Shown here in pieces: positions 17,201-25,956 of a stretch of DNA of 46,289 bases (within the stretch, counting starts at the first letter, position 1; each line of letters starts with the position of its first letter). The position numbers and the translations under genes were made by a program. The notes beneath the pieces are model-generated. The model ran no database searches, was not told where the DNA came from, and worked only from the letters and a program-made list of their open reading frames with translations. The stretch lies in sequence record DRR723986_4045, one strand, 5' to 3'.

Positions 17201-20086
17201 GAAGACTCCATGGCAGCCATAGAGCCAGCCGTCGGGGCCCCAGCAGAATGCGTTGAGCGTTTCATGTGTGTCTTGGTAGCCCCAGCCGTCGAGTAGTATT
17301 TGAGGCTCGGCGTCGGGGCGGTCATCGCCGTTAGCATCCGGAATAAAGAGAAGATAAGGTGCAGCGCCCACCCAGACGCCTCCGAATCCAACTTCCAGAC
17401 CGCTGACTAGGTTCAGGCCTTCTGCGAATACTTTCCGCGAATCAAACCGGCCGTCGCCGTTTGTGTCTTCGAAGATCAAGATGCGATCACGTCCACGGTC
17501 GCCCTTGGCCCGCAGCGGATATTCGTAGGCTTCTGCGATCCAGGTGCGTCCGCGGTGATCAAGCGCCATTGCAATGGGCTGCTTCACATCAGGCTCAGAA
17601 GCAAGCACACTTACGCTGAAACCATCGGGTAGCTGCATCGCAGCCGCAGCTTCTTCGGCGGGCAAGCCAGCATGCGGGTACTCGTCGGCGGCCAACAATC
17701 GGCGATTGGGCGTAAGCGGACCGGGGCGGCGAGCGTGCATGCGAAAGTGGTCAAAGTTGATATGCCCCCAACCACCACTGGACTCATCGACGAGCTTGAT
17801 GAACATCTCCTGCCCGAGCACTCGACGTAGATCGACGACAACCTCGCGCATGTCTTCCTGGTCGCGGCCCGACGCGATGTAAAAGGGCTTCTCGTCACCC
17901 TGCTTCCACAGCTCGACGCGTGTCTTATCACTGCTTCCACCACCAACGAGGAAACTTGCGTAACGATTCGAAGCGACGAACGGCTTACTCGTCAGTGTGC
18001 CCTGTGACGCATCCTTGTTCACCTCATACGTACCGATCCAATAGTCTCCTGCGTGCCGCGACGACATGTCGGACCGACGCTTATTGACGGTGTCGCCGCG
18101 GATCGGCTGCGATCGAAACGCATCACCGGTCAACTTCCAATCCTTCAGGTCACCAGATTCGAAATCCAAGTTGAGGGGCGTTCCGGTCGCTGTCGTAGCA
18201 ACAATACCGTCTGGTTCTTTTAGCTGTTCTCCCGTGGCGAGGAAGCGGACGAAGTCAATACCGACCATGTAAGACTTCGCGGCTTTGGGATTTGCTCCCA
18301 AAATTTCAATGGCCAATTGGTGCTTGCCGACTTTAATGTCAGGCGTCTCAAATTCCAGCAGCCCTGTGGAGATAACGTCGGGGTGATATAGGTCAATCGC
18401 AGGTGAAATCGCTTTGCCATCCAGCAGTACGCGAACGATGGCATAGTCTCGGGCGCAGGTCAGTGCTAGTTGAATGCGATCTATTTCTTTGAAGGTGTCG
18501 ACGGTCATGGAAAGCTCGGCACCTGGCCGCCCGCCCGTCCACCACAGTTGTTGCTGACCGCTCCATTGCCCTTGAGAAAAGCCACCCATAGCTTGAGGCT
18601 TTGCTGTTCCAGCAGAGACCACCGCGCCCAGAGACTCCGCCTCGATTGCCTGAACCGCGCTGCCGCCTGAGGCAAGCTTCACTCGCGGTCCGCGTAGCGT
18701 TTTGCCCGATTCGATGACTTCAAACGGCTTTGGCTTCGCCGGGCCGGAGTAGGGTTTCGGCCACGCTGCAGCCAATTCTTGTTCGGTTGCCGATTGGGCG
18801 GAATGCATAAGAACATGAGCGCCTAACATTCCTCCCGTCGCAATGTCCAATAGCTCATCACCATCAATGTCCACCGGTACAACTTGACGACCAATGCCAC
18901 TCTGATTACCCGCTTCGAACGGCAGCCAGTCAACTCCGTCTGGGGAACGCACTAACTTGAACCAGTAGACAACTGGGCCAGCATCCCACATGGGGCTTTG
19001 CTTGTGGTGTGACCAGTACGTTTTGCCTGTGACGATGTCCTTCAGGCCATCGCCATCGATGTCGGCCAGGGCAACGCTATGCGGTTCAGAGAAAACAACG
19101 CCATACTTGTTCTCGGACGGATGCTCACCCATGATCAGGTGTTTGGTGAACTGCCCGGGCTGAGTCTGCTCATACCACGAGAGGCCGAAATTGTGAGCGG
19201 AGTCGCTGGTAATGACGTCGCTATCACCGTCTCCATCGACGTCGTACGCAAAGATGTCCGCACCACCGCTGGTTCCGAATGTCTGCTGGTGAGGGATCCA
19301 GGCCAACTCTGGGGATTCGGGTTGCTCGAACCAACCGCGTGAGTGCAGCAAGTCTGCACGGCCATCGCCGTTGACATCACCGACGCCGAGACCGTGGCCG
19401 AAACGTGGCGGAGCAATTCGGTCGGAGACTTTCTTAAACGGCCAATCTGAAAGCGGGTGTTCCCGGTCGATGACGGCGTAGCCGAAGAAGCCGTCGCGGG
19501 TGCAGGCGAGTTCCGGTCGCTCGTCGCCGACGATGTTGGTGAACTGTGGCGATTCGTTTGAGACCCAGTCGAGTACTTGGTGCTTCTCCCAATACTCTTC
19601 CGAGTCCGGGCCTGGGTTCTTGTAGACGTAAGCCGGTGTTCCCGGGAATCCGACCGTTAGGATATCGCGAAGTCCATCTTGGTCGAAGTCGTACGTCCAC
19701 GCGAAGAAGTGGTCTGCATAACGTTCGGTTGGTTGTGGGACGGGCTTGTAGATTACACGCTTCTGTTCAAAGCCTGGGCCGCGAAACCAATACGGCCCGT
19801 ATACAACGTCGTTGTGGCCGTCATTATCTAGGTCACCGACAGCGATGCCTTCAGAGTAGTAGGTACCGCTCAATTGCTTGGTTTCAAACTGATGCAGACG
19901 CAAGTCAGAACTATCTGGCGCGACCTGAAGCCTGCCGAGCTGCTGCTCCTGTGCAAGCAGCGCTACTGGGCAAGCGGCGCAATCCAGCACTACCAAGAAC
20001 ATCGCGAGCGTCAACACAAACGCACTTCGAAAACTCGCTGCGGACACGACGTGGTGCAGAGTCTTGTTTCTGATGAAGGAAACCAT
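14231..20086 (-). CDS. PVC-type heme-binding CxxCH multidomain protein: FG-GAP/VCBS repeats, two carbohydrate-binding-like modules, dehydrogenase-like beta-propeller, HEAT repeats, cytochrome c, DUF1080
   Basis: 1951 aa with signal peptide. Repeated GDxDxDGxxD (FG-GAP); MQLPDGFSV..ASEP...QPIAM and WGPDGWLYGCHG propeller; CQRCH at 15140-15154 followed by IGPDLTG and distal SLMP; C-terminal FFN.K.L.GW, GNSGIQFRS, GYQAD, G.IALQLH, FRN (DUF1080). Confidence 0.9.
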   Translation of the reverse strand: MVSFIRNKTLHHVVSAASFRSAFVLTLAMFLVVLDCAACPVALLAQEQQLGRLQVAPDSSDLRLHQFETKQLSGTYYSEGIAVGDLDNDGHNDVVYGPYWFRGPGFEQKRVIYKPVPQPTERYADHFFAWTYDFDQDGLRDILTVGFPGTPAYVYKNPGPDSEEYWEKHQVLDWVSNESPQFTNIVGDERPELACTRDGFFGYAVIDREHPLSDWPFKKVSDRIAPPRFGHGLGVGDVNGDGRADLLHSRGWFEQPESPELAWIPHQQTFGTSGGADIFAYDVDGDGDSDVITSDSAHNFGLSWYEQTQPGQFTKHLIMGEHPSENKYGVVFSEPHSVALADIDGDGLKDIVTGKTYWSHHKQSPMWDAGPVVYWFKLVRSPDGVDWLPFEAGNQSGIGRQVVPVDIDGDELLDIATGGMLGAHVLMHSAQSATEQELAAAWPKPYSGPAKPKPFEVIESGKTLRGPRVKLASGGSAVQAIEAESLGAVVSAGTAKPQAMGGFSQGQWSGQQQLWWTGGRPGAELSMTVDTFKEIDRIQLALTCARDYAIVRVLLDGKAISPAIDLYHPDVISTGLLEFETPDIKVGKHQLAIEILGANPKAAKSYMVGIDFVRFLATGEQLKEPDGIVATTATGTPLNLDFESGDLKDWKLTGDAFRSQPIRGDTVNKRRSDMSSRHAGDYWIGTYEVNKDASQGTLTSKPFVASNRYASFLVGGGSSDKTRVELWKQGDEKPFYIASGRDQEDMREVVVDLRRVLGQEMFIKLVDESSGGWGHINFDHFRMHARRPGPLTPNRRLLAADEYPHAGLPAEEAAAAMQLPDGFSVSVLASEPDVKQPIAMALDHRGRTWIAEAYEYPLRAKGDRGRDRILIFEDTNGDGRFDSRKVFAEGLNLVSGLEVGFGGVWVGAAPYLLFIPDANGDDRPDAEPQILLDGWGYQDTHETLNAFCWGPDGWLYGCHGVFTHSKVGPPGTPDAQRTPINAGVWRYHPTKHTFEVFAEGTSNPWGVDFNEHGDAFITACVIPHLYHMIPGGRYQRQAGQHFNPNTYNDIKTIADHLHYLGSTPHSGNGKSDEAGGGHAHAGAMIYQGGAWPEKYTGQLFMNNIHGQRLNVDSLHPDGAGYIGSHQPDFLLTGDQASQILNMRYGPDGQVIMIDWYDMQACHRREAEVHDRSNGRIYRISHGDVSPVKVDLNTVSDAELVAMVTHPNQWFVRHSRRQLQERHALETLDPGVTKNLWNVFAGSKVTQHRLQALWALHAIGSDFSARSTELLADSDEHVRGWAIRLLNQQAKYQPQQTLVQSFVKLSLSDSSQVVRRELASAVNRLPHADRWELLSGLTSHREDASDHNLPLLYWYAMEPLADVDADRALALGIAAGGNIPMLSEYMLRRVAGSGSGESLDRLVGALTKANSDRQRAAVLAAIKSSLVGKRQAQAPSGWKPAIVALRGGNQELAISAACIGAVFGDEESLTLLRKMVESEGDPLPLRIDAFEALAAVEDQELLAISQAIIATSSETELVGKAVRACSQFDSPSVARLLLSRYSDWSPAVRRSVIATLCSRTSYAKALLGAISRGEVPASDLSADFARQLSYLEDEEVNSLLTKHWGSVSESTEDQAAQMAALKKTVLRKDMPAPDLANGRSLFADTCQRCHQLYGVGERIGPDLTGSNRGNLEYLLENIVAPSSVMAKEYRQSVFLTDSGRVVTGILQSETDNAVSVQTTDGLVVVPKEEIEERRESELSLMPNNQLQQLTPIQVRDLIGYLRGKSQTPRLLTSTNKGEFFNSKNLDGWSGDTQLWSVDGGQIVGKSDGLKKNAFLVSDFEVRDFRLSLDVRLVNNVGNSGIQFRSVARGDSVEGYQADVGAGWWGKLYEEHGRGLLWDKSGEQHVKLDEWNRYEIEAVGSRLRTWINGQLCVDLDDAEGRQSGIIALQLHSGGPTEVRFRNLSLETVSEDAP

Positions 20087-20466
20087 CGTAAAGGACTTTG
20101 TGAAGAAAGGGGGTGGGCAATCGTCAGTGTAGGTGCGAGTTCCAGCGGGTGGGAATTCTTAGCAAGCAACCATCAACAGCACCAATCGAAACTCTGATTG
20201 GCACTGCAGCCTGAGGTTGGTTGTCTGGCCAGGATGGTGTGTGGCAAGTATCTTGTCACACCGGCGAGTATAATGTTGGAGGGCATACTGGGGGCGGGCG
20301 AGTTGAAGTCATTGGTCCATTACTCTGGCAGTCATTGTACTCAATCCCGCTCACCCCATGCTGAGGCGACTTTTCCCCGAGCTGACTCGTTGCGAGCCGA
20401 CTCTTTCCGAGGCGAGGCATGCTTGAACCGTCAGCCTGAAACACTCATTCGTGTCAAAAAACGCAC

Positions 20467-21189
20467 ATGTCAACAAACGCAATTGAGGCCATCCAACTGC
20501 GGAAGAGCTACTCCGGTGCAGAAGTCGTCGAAGCTGTTTGCGGATTGGACGTGACGGTTTCGCAGGGAGAGCGAGTAGCCGTGGTTGGGCGAAGTGGCAG
20601 CGGAAAGTCGACCTTCCTCAATTTGCTGGCTGGACTCGATCACCCCACGGGTGGAAAGCTGATCGTTGCGGGACGAGCCCTGCATGAAATGTCGCCCAAG
20701 GAAATGTCGGACTACCGCTTGTCGACAATCGGCGTCATCTTCCAGCAGTTCCAATTGATCCCGCAGCGAACGGCGTTACAAAACGTGGAAGTGCCGCTGA
20801 TGCTAGCGGGGCAATCTCGCTCGCAGAGACGGCAACGTGCAACGAGCCTGCTGGAAAGTGTTGGGCTTGGGCATCGACTGAATCACTTTCCGTACCAGCT
20901 CTCCGGAGGTGAACAGCAGCGTGTCGCCATTGCTCGAGCCTTAGTTAATGCTCCAAGTGTCGTGTTTGCTGATGAGCCGACTGGGAACCTGGATTCGGTG
21001 ACGGCTCAGTCCATTGTTCAGCTCATTGACTCAATATGCACGAGCCACTCAATAACGTTCCTGCTCGTTACGCATGATCTCGCGATCGCGAAACAGCTCT
21101 GTGAACGAACGCTGCGGATGCATGACGGCATTTTGACTGAAGATCAGGCCGCTAGTTCCGATGCATCCAATGCTCAGGAGGTGACGTGA
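20467..21189 (+). CDS. ABC transporter ATP-binding protein (LolD/MacB type)
   Basis: Walker [46 protein letters not shown]. Confidence 0.95.
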   Translation: MSTNAIEAIQLRKSYSGAEVVEAVCGLDVTVSQGERVAVVGRSGSGKSTFLNLLAGLDHPTGGKLIVAGRALHEMSPKEMSDYRLSTIGVIFQQFQLIPQRTALQNVEVPLMLAGQSRSQRRQRATSLLESVGLGHRLNHFPYQLSGGEQQRVAIARALVNAPSVVFADEPTGNLDSVTAQSIVQLIDSICTSHSITFLLVTHDLAIAKQLCERTLRMHDGILTEDQAASSDASNAQEVT

Positions 21190-22859
21190 TGCGCATCGCT
21201 GACGTACTCGCAATGGCAGTTCACAATTTGAGGTTTCGCCCCGCGCGGACAGCCTTGAATTTGGTTGGTGTTGTCGTTGGTTGCATCGTCTTGCTAATGA
21301 CCACCGCAGGTGTCACGGGCGTCAAAGACACGCTTCGTTTGTTGTTTGATTCTTCGGAGACCGCGCGGCAAATTGGTGTACTTGCCGGAAATTATCCCGC
21401 GGAAGAGCCACCGCCGGAGGCCATCAAGGTCGAAGGCGAAATGTCTGAGAAGCGACGGTTGCGAATCGAGGAACAACTAAAGCAGGAGTGGTTGGATCAA
21501 AATCGCCGCAAGGAGCCTTGGACGATCACCACCGAGACGGTCAAAGAGCTTGCTGAGATCCCGCACGTTCAGAGTGTCGTTCCCGATGTGTATTTGCCAT
21601 GCAGCATCTCGCTAGCGGAGCCTTCGGCCGCACCTGCTGGGCGAGAGGCATTGGCGGCTCAGCGGATTGAATCGCGAATGTCGGCCGCTGATGATGGTAG
21701 CCAGTTGCTGAGAGCTCGTATTTTGGCTGGAGGCCCGTTTTCGAAGCCTACCGATGAAAAAATTCGTTCAATTCGCGCGCCTTCGGCAGAAGCAGATTCA
21801 GGGGAACCGCCGCTACAAATCAACTCAGACATCGAAGTGCTGATGGATGAGTTCTTGGCGTATCGATTCGGTTACCGAAGCGACGCGGAACTTGAGCAGC
21901 TTGTTGGCCAGGAGGTCGAGATTGAATATCAAATCGCCGCCGCGCGTTCAACTCAGGTGTTCGGTGTCTTGGCGCAGCAGTTGGGTGATGGTGCCGCTGG
22001 CGATTCCGCTCAGCAGCGAATTTTTGCCGAAGCGGCAACGCGTTTGGCCGACGACTTGGACAAGACGTCCTTGTCAGCCGGCGAGAAGACGCTCTTGAGA
22101 TCATTGCTTCGCTTCGACCAAAGCGAACAACAGGGGCCAGCGATCGTGCGAAGGCGTTTCACGATTTGTGGTGTAATTCAGAAAGGGGAAGCCGCCAGCA
22201 TCTCCAGCTTGTTTCGTGCACACTGGTTCGGTAGCGGCAACGGCTTGTTAGCCCACAGTTCACTGGCCGCTGAAATGTCCATCCAGCGTTCTGGCGATGA
22301 TAGTTTTTACAACGCGGTGGCGACCGTCGATAGCACCGAGCACTTGACGGAAGCAACCACCACGCTCAAGAATTTGGGCGCGCGGACGTTGTCAGCGGAG
22401 CGCATCATTCGCAGCATGAACGAAAGCGTTGACCGAAGCGCCTGGGTCGTCTACGGCATCGCAGCGGCGATTCTGCTGACGGCAGCGATTGGGATTTCAA
22501 ACACACTATTGATTTCAGTACTTGAACGAACGCCAGAGTTTGGAATCTTGAAAAGTGTTGGTGCACGACGAGGCACGCTTTTGTGGTTGATGGTTTGTGA
22601 AGGTGCGATTCTCGGTGTCATCGGCGCCGTAGTAGCAATCCTCATCAGCTTCATTGTCGCGTGGGCTGGACAGGGACTGCTTGAAGCGTACCTTGAATAT
22701 CGTCTGGGTGGAGAGATAGCGGAAACGGTTTTCCAATTCTCCGCCCTGTCGATGCTGTTCGTGGTTTTAGTTTCCGTGTTCATTTGTGTGCTCGCCAGTC
22801 TCATTCCCGCCTGGCGTGCTTCTCGGCTAGATCCAATCGTAGCGATGCGACGCACATGA
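21189..22859 (+). CDS. ABC transporter permease, MacB/FtsX family
   Basis: N-terminal RTALNLVGVVVG TM, large periplasmic domain, GISNTLLISVLERTPEFGILKSVGA, PAWRASRLDPIVAMR. TGATG overlap with the ATPase (alternative GTG start at 21186). Confidence 0.93.
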   Translation: MRIADVLAMAVHNLRFRPARTALNLVGVVVGCIVLLMTTAGVTGVKDTLRLLFDSSETARQIGVLAGNYPAEEPPPEAIKVEGEMSEKRRLRIEEQLKQEWLDQNRRKEPWTITTETVKELAEIPHVQSVVPDVYLPCSISLAEPSAAPAGREALAAQRIESRMSAADDGSQLLRARILAGGPFSKPTDEKIRSIRAPSAEADSGEPPLQINSDIEVLMDEFLAYRFGYRSDAELEQLVGQEVEIEYQIAAARSTQVFGVLAQQLGDGAAGDSAQQRIFAEAATRLADDLDKTSLSAGEKTLLRSLLRFDQSEQQGPAIVRRRFTICGVIQKGEAASISSLFRAHWFGSGNGLLAHSSLAAEMSIQRSGDDSFYNAVATVDSTEHLTEATTTLKNLGARTLSAERIIRSMNESVDRSAWVVYGIAAAILLTAAIGISNTLLISVLERTPEFGILKSVGARRGTLLWLMVCEGAILGVIGAVVAILISFIVAWAGQGLLEAYLEYRLGGEIAETVFQFSALSMLFVVLVSVFICVLASLIPAWRASRLDPIVAMRRT

Positions 22860-24112
22860 TTTTGCGACTGAAGAGTTTACTGCTATCGGTTTTCTTGGTC
22901 TTGGCGTTGCCCGCTGTCGGCGCACTGTCGCAGCAAACAGACGCGACCAGTACGCATGGAAATGAATCCGACACGAGCAGTGAAACGCCCAAGGCTCGCA
23001 CCGACGAACCAACTCAAGAAGCCGAAGCACTCTTGCTTCGCGAGTTCCGGCCCGAGCCAAAGCTTCGCGTGAAAGAAACGCTGCTCGAGCGAGCGAAGTT
23101 TCCTGTCGTCGACGCCCACACTCACTTTTACTACAAACTTCGTCACGACAAGGACGCCCTGGACGCTTTTGTCGCAACGATGGATCGAAATCAGGTGCAG
23201 GTTTGTGTGAGCCTAGACGGACGTCTTGGCAGCCAGCTTGAAGCGCATCGGGATTTCTTGTGGACTGAATACAAAGACCGGTTTGTAATCTTCACGAATA
23301 TTGACTGGGTAGGTGACGGCCGGCGCGACCAGCCGGCAACGTGGGATTGCCACCGCGAAGACTTTGCTCGCCGTACCGTCATGCAGCTTCGCGAGGCCGC
23401 CGCCGAGGGAGTTAGCGGGTTGAAGGTCTTCAAGAATTTTGGACTCAAATATCGCAACCCGGATGGATCGCTGATCAAGATTGACGATGAGAGGTTCGCA
23501 CCGATTTGGGATGCCTGCGGTGAACTTGGACTACCGGTCATCATGCATACCGCAGATCCGAGCGCTTTCTTCGATCCCATCACACCTGCGAATGAACGAT
23601 GGGAAGAGCTTTCGAGACATCCTGACTGGCATTTTCCGCCTGAGAAGTTTCCATCGCGCAAGTCGCTGCACCAGGCTCGCGAGCGACTCTTCCAGCGGCA
23701 CCGCCAAACGACGTTCATCGCAGCACACCTCGGCAACGATGCAGAGAACCTACACGAGACGGCTCGAATGCTGGATGAAAATCCAAACGTGGTCGTTGAA
23801 ATTGCCTCACGCATCTCTGAACTTGGGCGGCAACCCTATTCGGCACGAAGGTTCTTGGTGAAATACGCAGATCGTGTCCTATTCGGTACCGATGGGCCCT
23901 GGCCTGAAAAGCGACTTCGGTACTATTGGCGATTTCTTGAGACCGATGACGAGTACTTTCGTTACTCAGAGAAGCCCTTTCCTCCTCAAGGGTTTTGGAG
24001 AATCTACGGCGTGTTTCTTCCCGACGAGGTGCTCCGAAAAGTCTACGCAGAGAATGCGGCCCGCGTCATTCCGGGAGTTGCCGAGCGTCTGAAAAAGGCC
24101 GCTGGCAAGTAG
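22856..24112 (+). CDS. Secreted metal-dependent amidohydrolase (Amidohydro_2 family)
   Basis: DAHTH, GLKVFK, PVIMHTADP, AAHLG, DRVLFGTD, signal peptide. ATG 22856 overlaps the permease stop (ATGA). Confidence 0.88.
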   Translation: MILRLKSLLLSVFLVLALPAVGALSQQTDATSTHGNESDTSSETPKARTDEPTQEAEALLLREFRPEPKLRVKETLLERAKFPVVDAHTHFYYKLRHDKDALDAFVATMDRNQVQVCVSLDGRLGSQLEAHRDFLWTEYKDRFVIFTNIDWVGDGRRDQPATWDCHREDFARRTVMQLREAAAEGVSGLKVFKNFGLKYRNPDGSLIKIDDERFAPIWDACGELGLPVIMHTADPSAFFDPITPANERWEELSRHPDWHFPPEKFPSRKSLHQARERLFQRHRQTTFIAAHLGNDAENLHETARMLDENPNVVVEIASRISELGRQPYSARRFLVKYADRVLFGTDGPWPEKRLRYYWRFLETDDEYFRYSEKPFPPQGFWRIYGVFLPDEVLRKVYAENAARVIPGVAERLKKAAGK

Positions 24113-24166
24113 CTGTGTTGCAGCAAGCTCGCGCGGATGACGCTTAGCTCTCCGTGGCTCTTGTCT

Positions 24167-24955
24167 CTAGCGCACGAGCGCCGCGATGGCCATCGCCACC
24201 ATGACAGAGTTTTCGACGATGGTGACACTAGTCATCGGCAGGTTGAAACCCGTTCCCAGGCAGGCACACTGGATCGTACGACGGCGAGTAACTGCATCGA
24301 TTACGCCAATCAAACCAATGCCTAGGATGCAGATCGTTGCGATGTTGGCAATCGTTGTCCCTACCTGCAAGATGAACATGCACCCCAGCAACAACTCTAC
24401 AAATGGATACGCCAACCCGTAGGCGCGTAGTCGGCTGGCAATTGGATCATAACTAGCGAATGATTCTGCGAACTTGGCAACGTCCAGCAGTTTGAAGAAT
24501 GCAAAGCCAAGAAAGAAGCACCCCATAAAGTTGCCCATGACCTCTGCTGCCGTCCATACGCCTCGAGCATAGGCGATCAACAGAGCGCCGCCAAAGCAGT
24601 AGGCAACGACGATAAAAAGCGGCTTGTACACGACCAGGCGATTTGGCTTCGTTACCGTCTTGCTCGCTGGAGCCTGAATGTTAACCAAACCGCCGCTTGC
24701 CAAAGCATGTTCGCCTGGCGATACGTTGCTTCCGCTTGTGTAAGAAGTCATTGCTGGATGGGCCTCAAAACCAGCAGCTCCAACAAGGGCAACGATGGCT
24801 TCCGAATCCAAGTCCGTTGAGTCAACGGTGACCAACTTCTGCGGGTGATCCAGATCGGCCTGCCAGGAATCAATTCCCTGGGCGGCGTCTAAGACTGGTG
24901 CGAGTTTATTTAGACACGCTTGGCACTTGAGATTGGTCGCCAGGATGACTTGCAT
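24167..24955 (-). CDS. Heavy-metal-associated domain fused to a MauE/DoxX-like membrane domain
   Basis: N-terminal TNLKCQAC (HMA CxxC); FM..FF..F.FFKLLD...FA.SF..YD; YPFVEL; IQCACLGTGFNLPM. ATG at 24955, 1 bp after the upstream stop. Confidence 0.85.
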   Translation of the reverse strand: MQVILATNLKCQACLNKLAPVLDAAQGIDSWQADLDHPQKLVTVDSTDLDSEAIVALVGAAGFEAHPAMTSYTSGSNVSPGEHALASGGLVNIQAPASKTVTKPNRLVVYKPLFIVVAYCFGGALLIAYARGVWTAAEVMGNFMGCFFLGFAFFKLLDVAKFAESFASYDPIASRLRAYGLAYPFVELLLGCMFILQVGTTIANIATICILGIGLIGVIDAVTRRRTIQCACLGTGFNLPMTSVTIVENSVMVAMAIAALVR

Positions 24956-24956
24956 G

Positions 24957-25925
24957 TTAACTTCCCGCGTGTCCAAGTTTGCAGGAACCGAAATCCATGT
25001 TGCCACCGGTAATCACCGCGGCAACGTGACGGTCAGCAAGTTCACTTGCCATTTTCTTTACGCCAGCCATCGCGACCACCCCAGAAGGCTCGGCGACCAG
25101 GTGAGCGTTTTCTGCCAGCGTGCGTGTCATTGAGGCAATCTCGGATTCCGAAACCAAGATGATATCGTCCAGCAGTTCCTTCATTACTTCGAATGGCTGT
25201 ACGCCGAGAGGCGATCGCAGTCCGTCGGCGATCGTGTCGACTCGAGTCGGCATTTCGATCGTGCCAGACGCCATACTTCGATGCGCGTCATCGGCCCATT
25301 GCGGTTCGGCGGCAACGACGCGGACCTCTGGCCGGAGCGATTTGACGGCAACGAGAACGCCACTCAACAAGCCACCACCACCGACCGGGACAACGATTGT
25401 GTCGACGTCGGGAAACTGTTCAAGAATTTCCAGCCCAACGGTCCCTTGCCCGGCCATGACTCGCGGGTCATCGTAGGGATGAATCATCGTTGCACCGGTG
25501 CGAGACTGGATTTCAGCCGCCACGGACGAGCGAGCTTCTGCCGTTGGCTCACAGAACTCAGGTTCGACGTCCAGCGAGCGGACGGCATCAATTTTTACTC
25601 TTGCTGAGTTCTCCGGCATGACAACATAAGCTGGGATGCCTCGCAATTTTGCGGCTCGAGCAACTGCAGCGGCGTGATTGCCAGAGGAGTGCGTGACGAC
25701 ACCCTTCTGTGCCTCTTCGTCGCTAAGCGAAAAGATCGCATTAGTCGCACCACGGGCTTTGAAGGCGCCGATGTGTTGCAAGTTCTCGCACTTGACCGCG
25801 ATCTCGACCGCTAGCTCACGCGACAACCTTTCCAAGGGCAGGCAAGGTGTTTGAATGACATGCGAACCAATCCGCTGGCGGGCTTGCCGGATGTCGTCAA
25901 CCGAGATCGGAAGTTTCGAGTTCAC
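24957..25925 (-). CDS. PLP fold-type II serine racemase / Ser-Thr dehydratase family protein
   Basis: KCENLQHIGAFKARGA (PLP lysine), THSSGNH, PVGGGGLLSG, DTIADGLR, ITGGN. No regulatory ACT domain. Confidence 0.9.
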   Translation of the reverse strand: MNSKLPISVDDIRQARQRIGSHVIQTPCLPLERLSRELAVEIAVKCENLQHIGAFKARGATNAIFSLSDEEAQKGVVTHSSGNHAAAVARAAKLRGIPAYVVMPENSARVKIDAVRSLDVEPEFCEPTAEARSSVAAEIQSRTGATMIHPYDDPRVMAGQGTVGLEILEQFPDVDTIVVPVGGGGLLSGVLVAVKSLRPEVRVVAAEPQWADDAHRSMASGTIEMPTRVDTIADGLRSPLGVQPFEVMKELLDDIILVSESEIASMTRTLAENAHLVAEPSGVVAMAGVKKMASELADRHVAAVITGGNMDFGSCKLGHAGS

Positions 25926-25956
25926 TGAGTTGTTCCCTTTTGGTTCAATCTCTTAA

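Noticed and set aside
19970-19981. CAAC in the giant protein as a second heme site
   Set aside because: No following His, and it lies within the predicted signal peptide.
20198-20554. 118-aa ORF containing RADS repeats
   Set aside because: Overlaps the ABC ATPase start and a TATAAT box; no family features.
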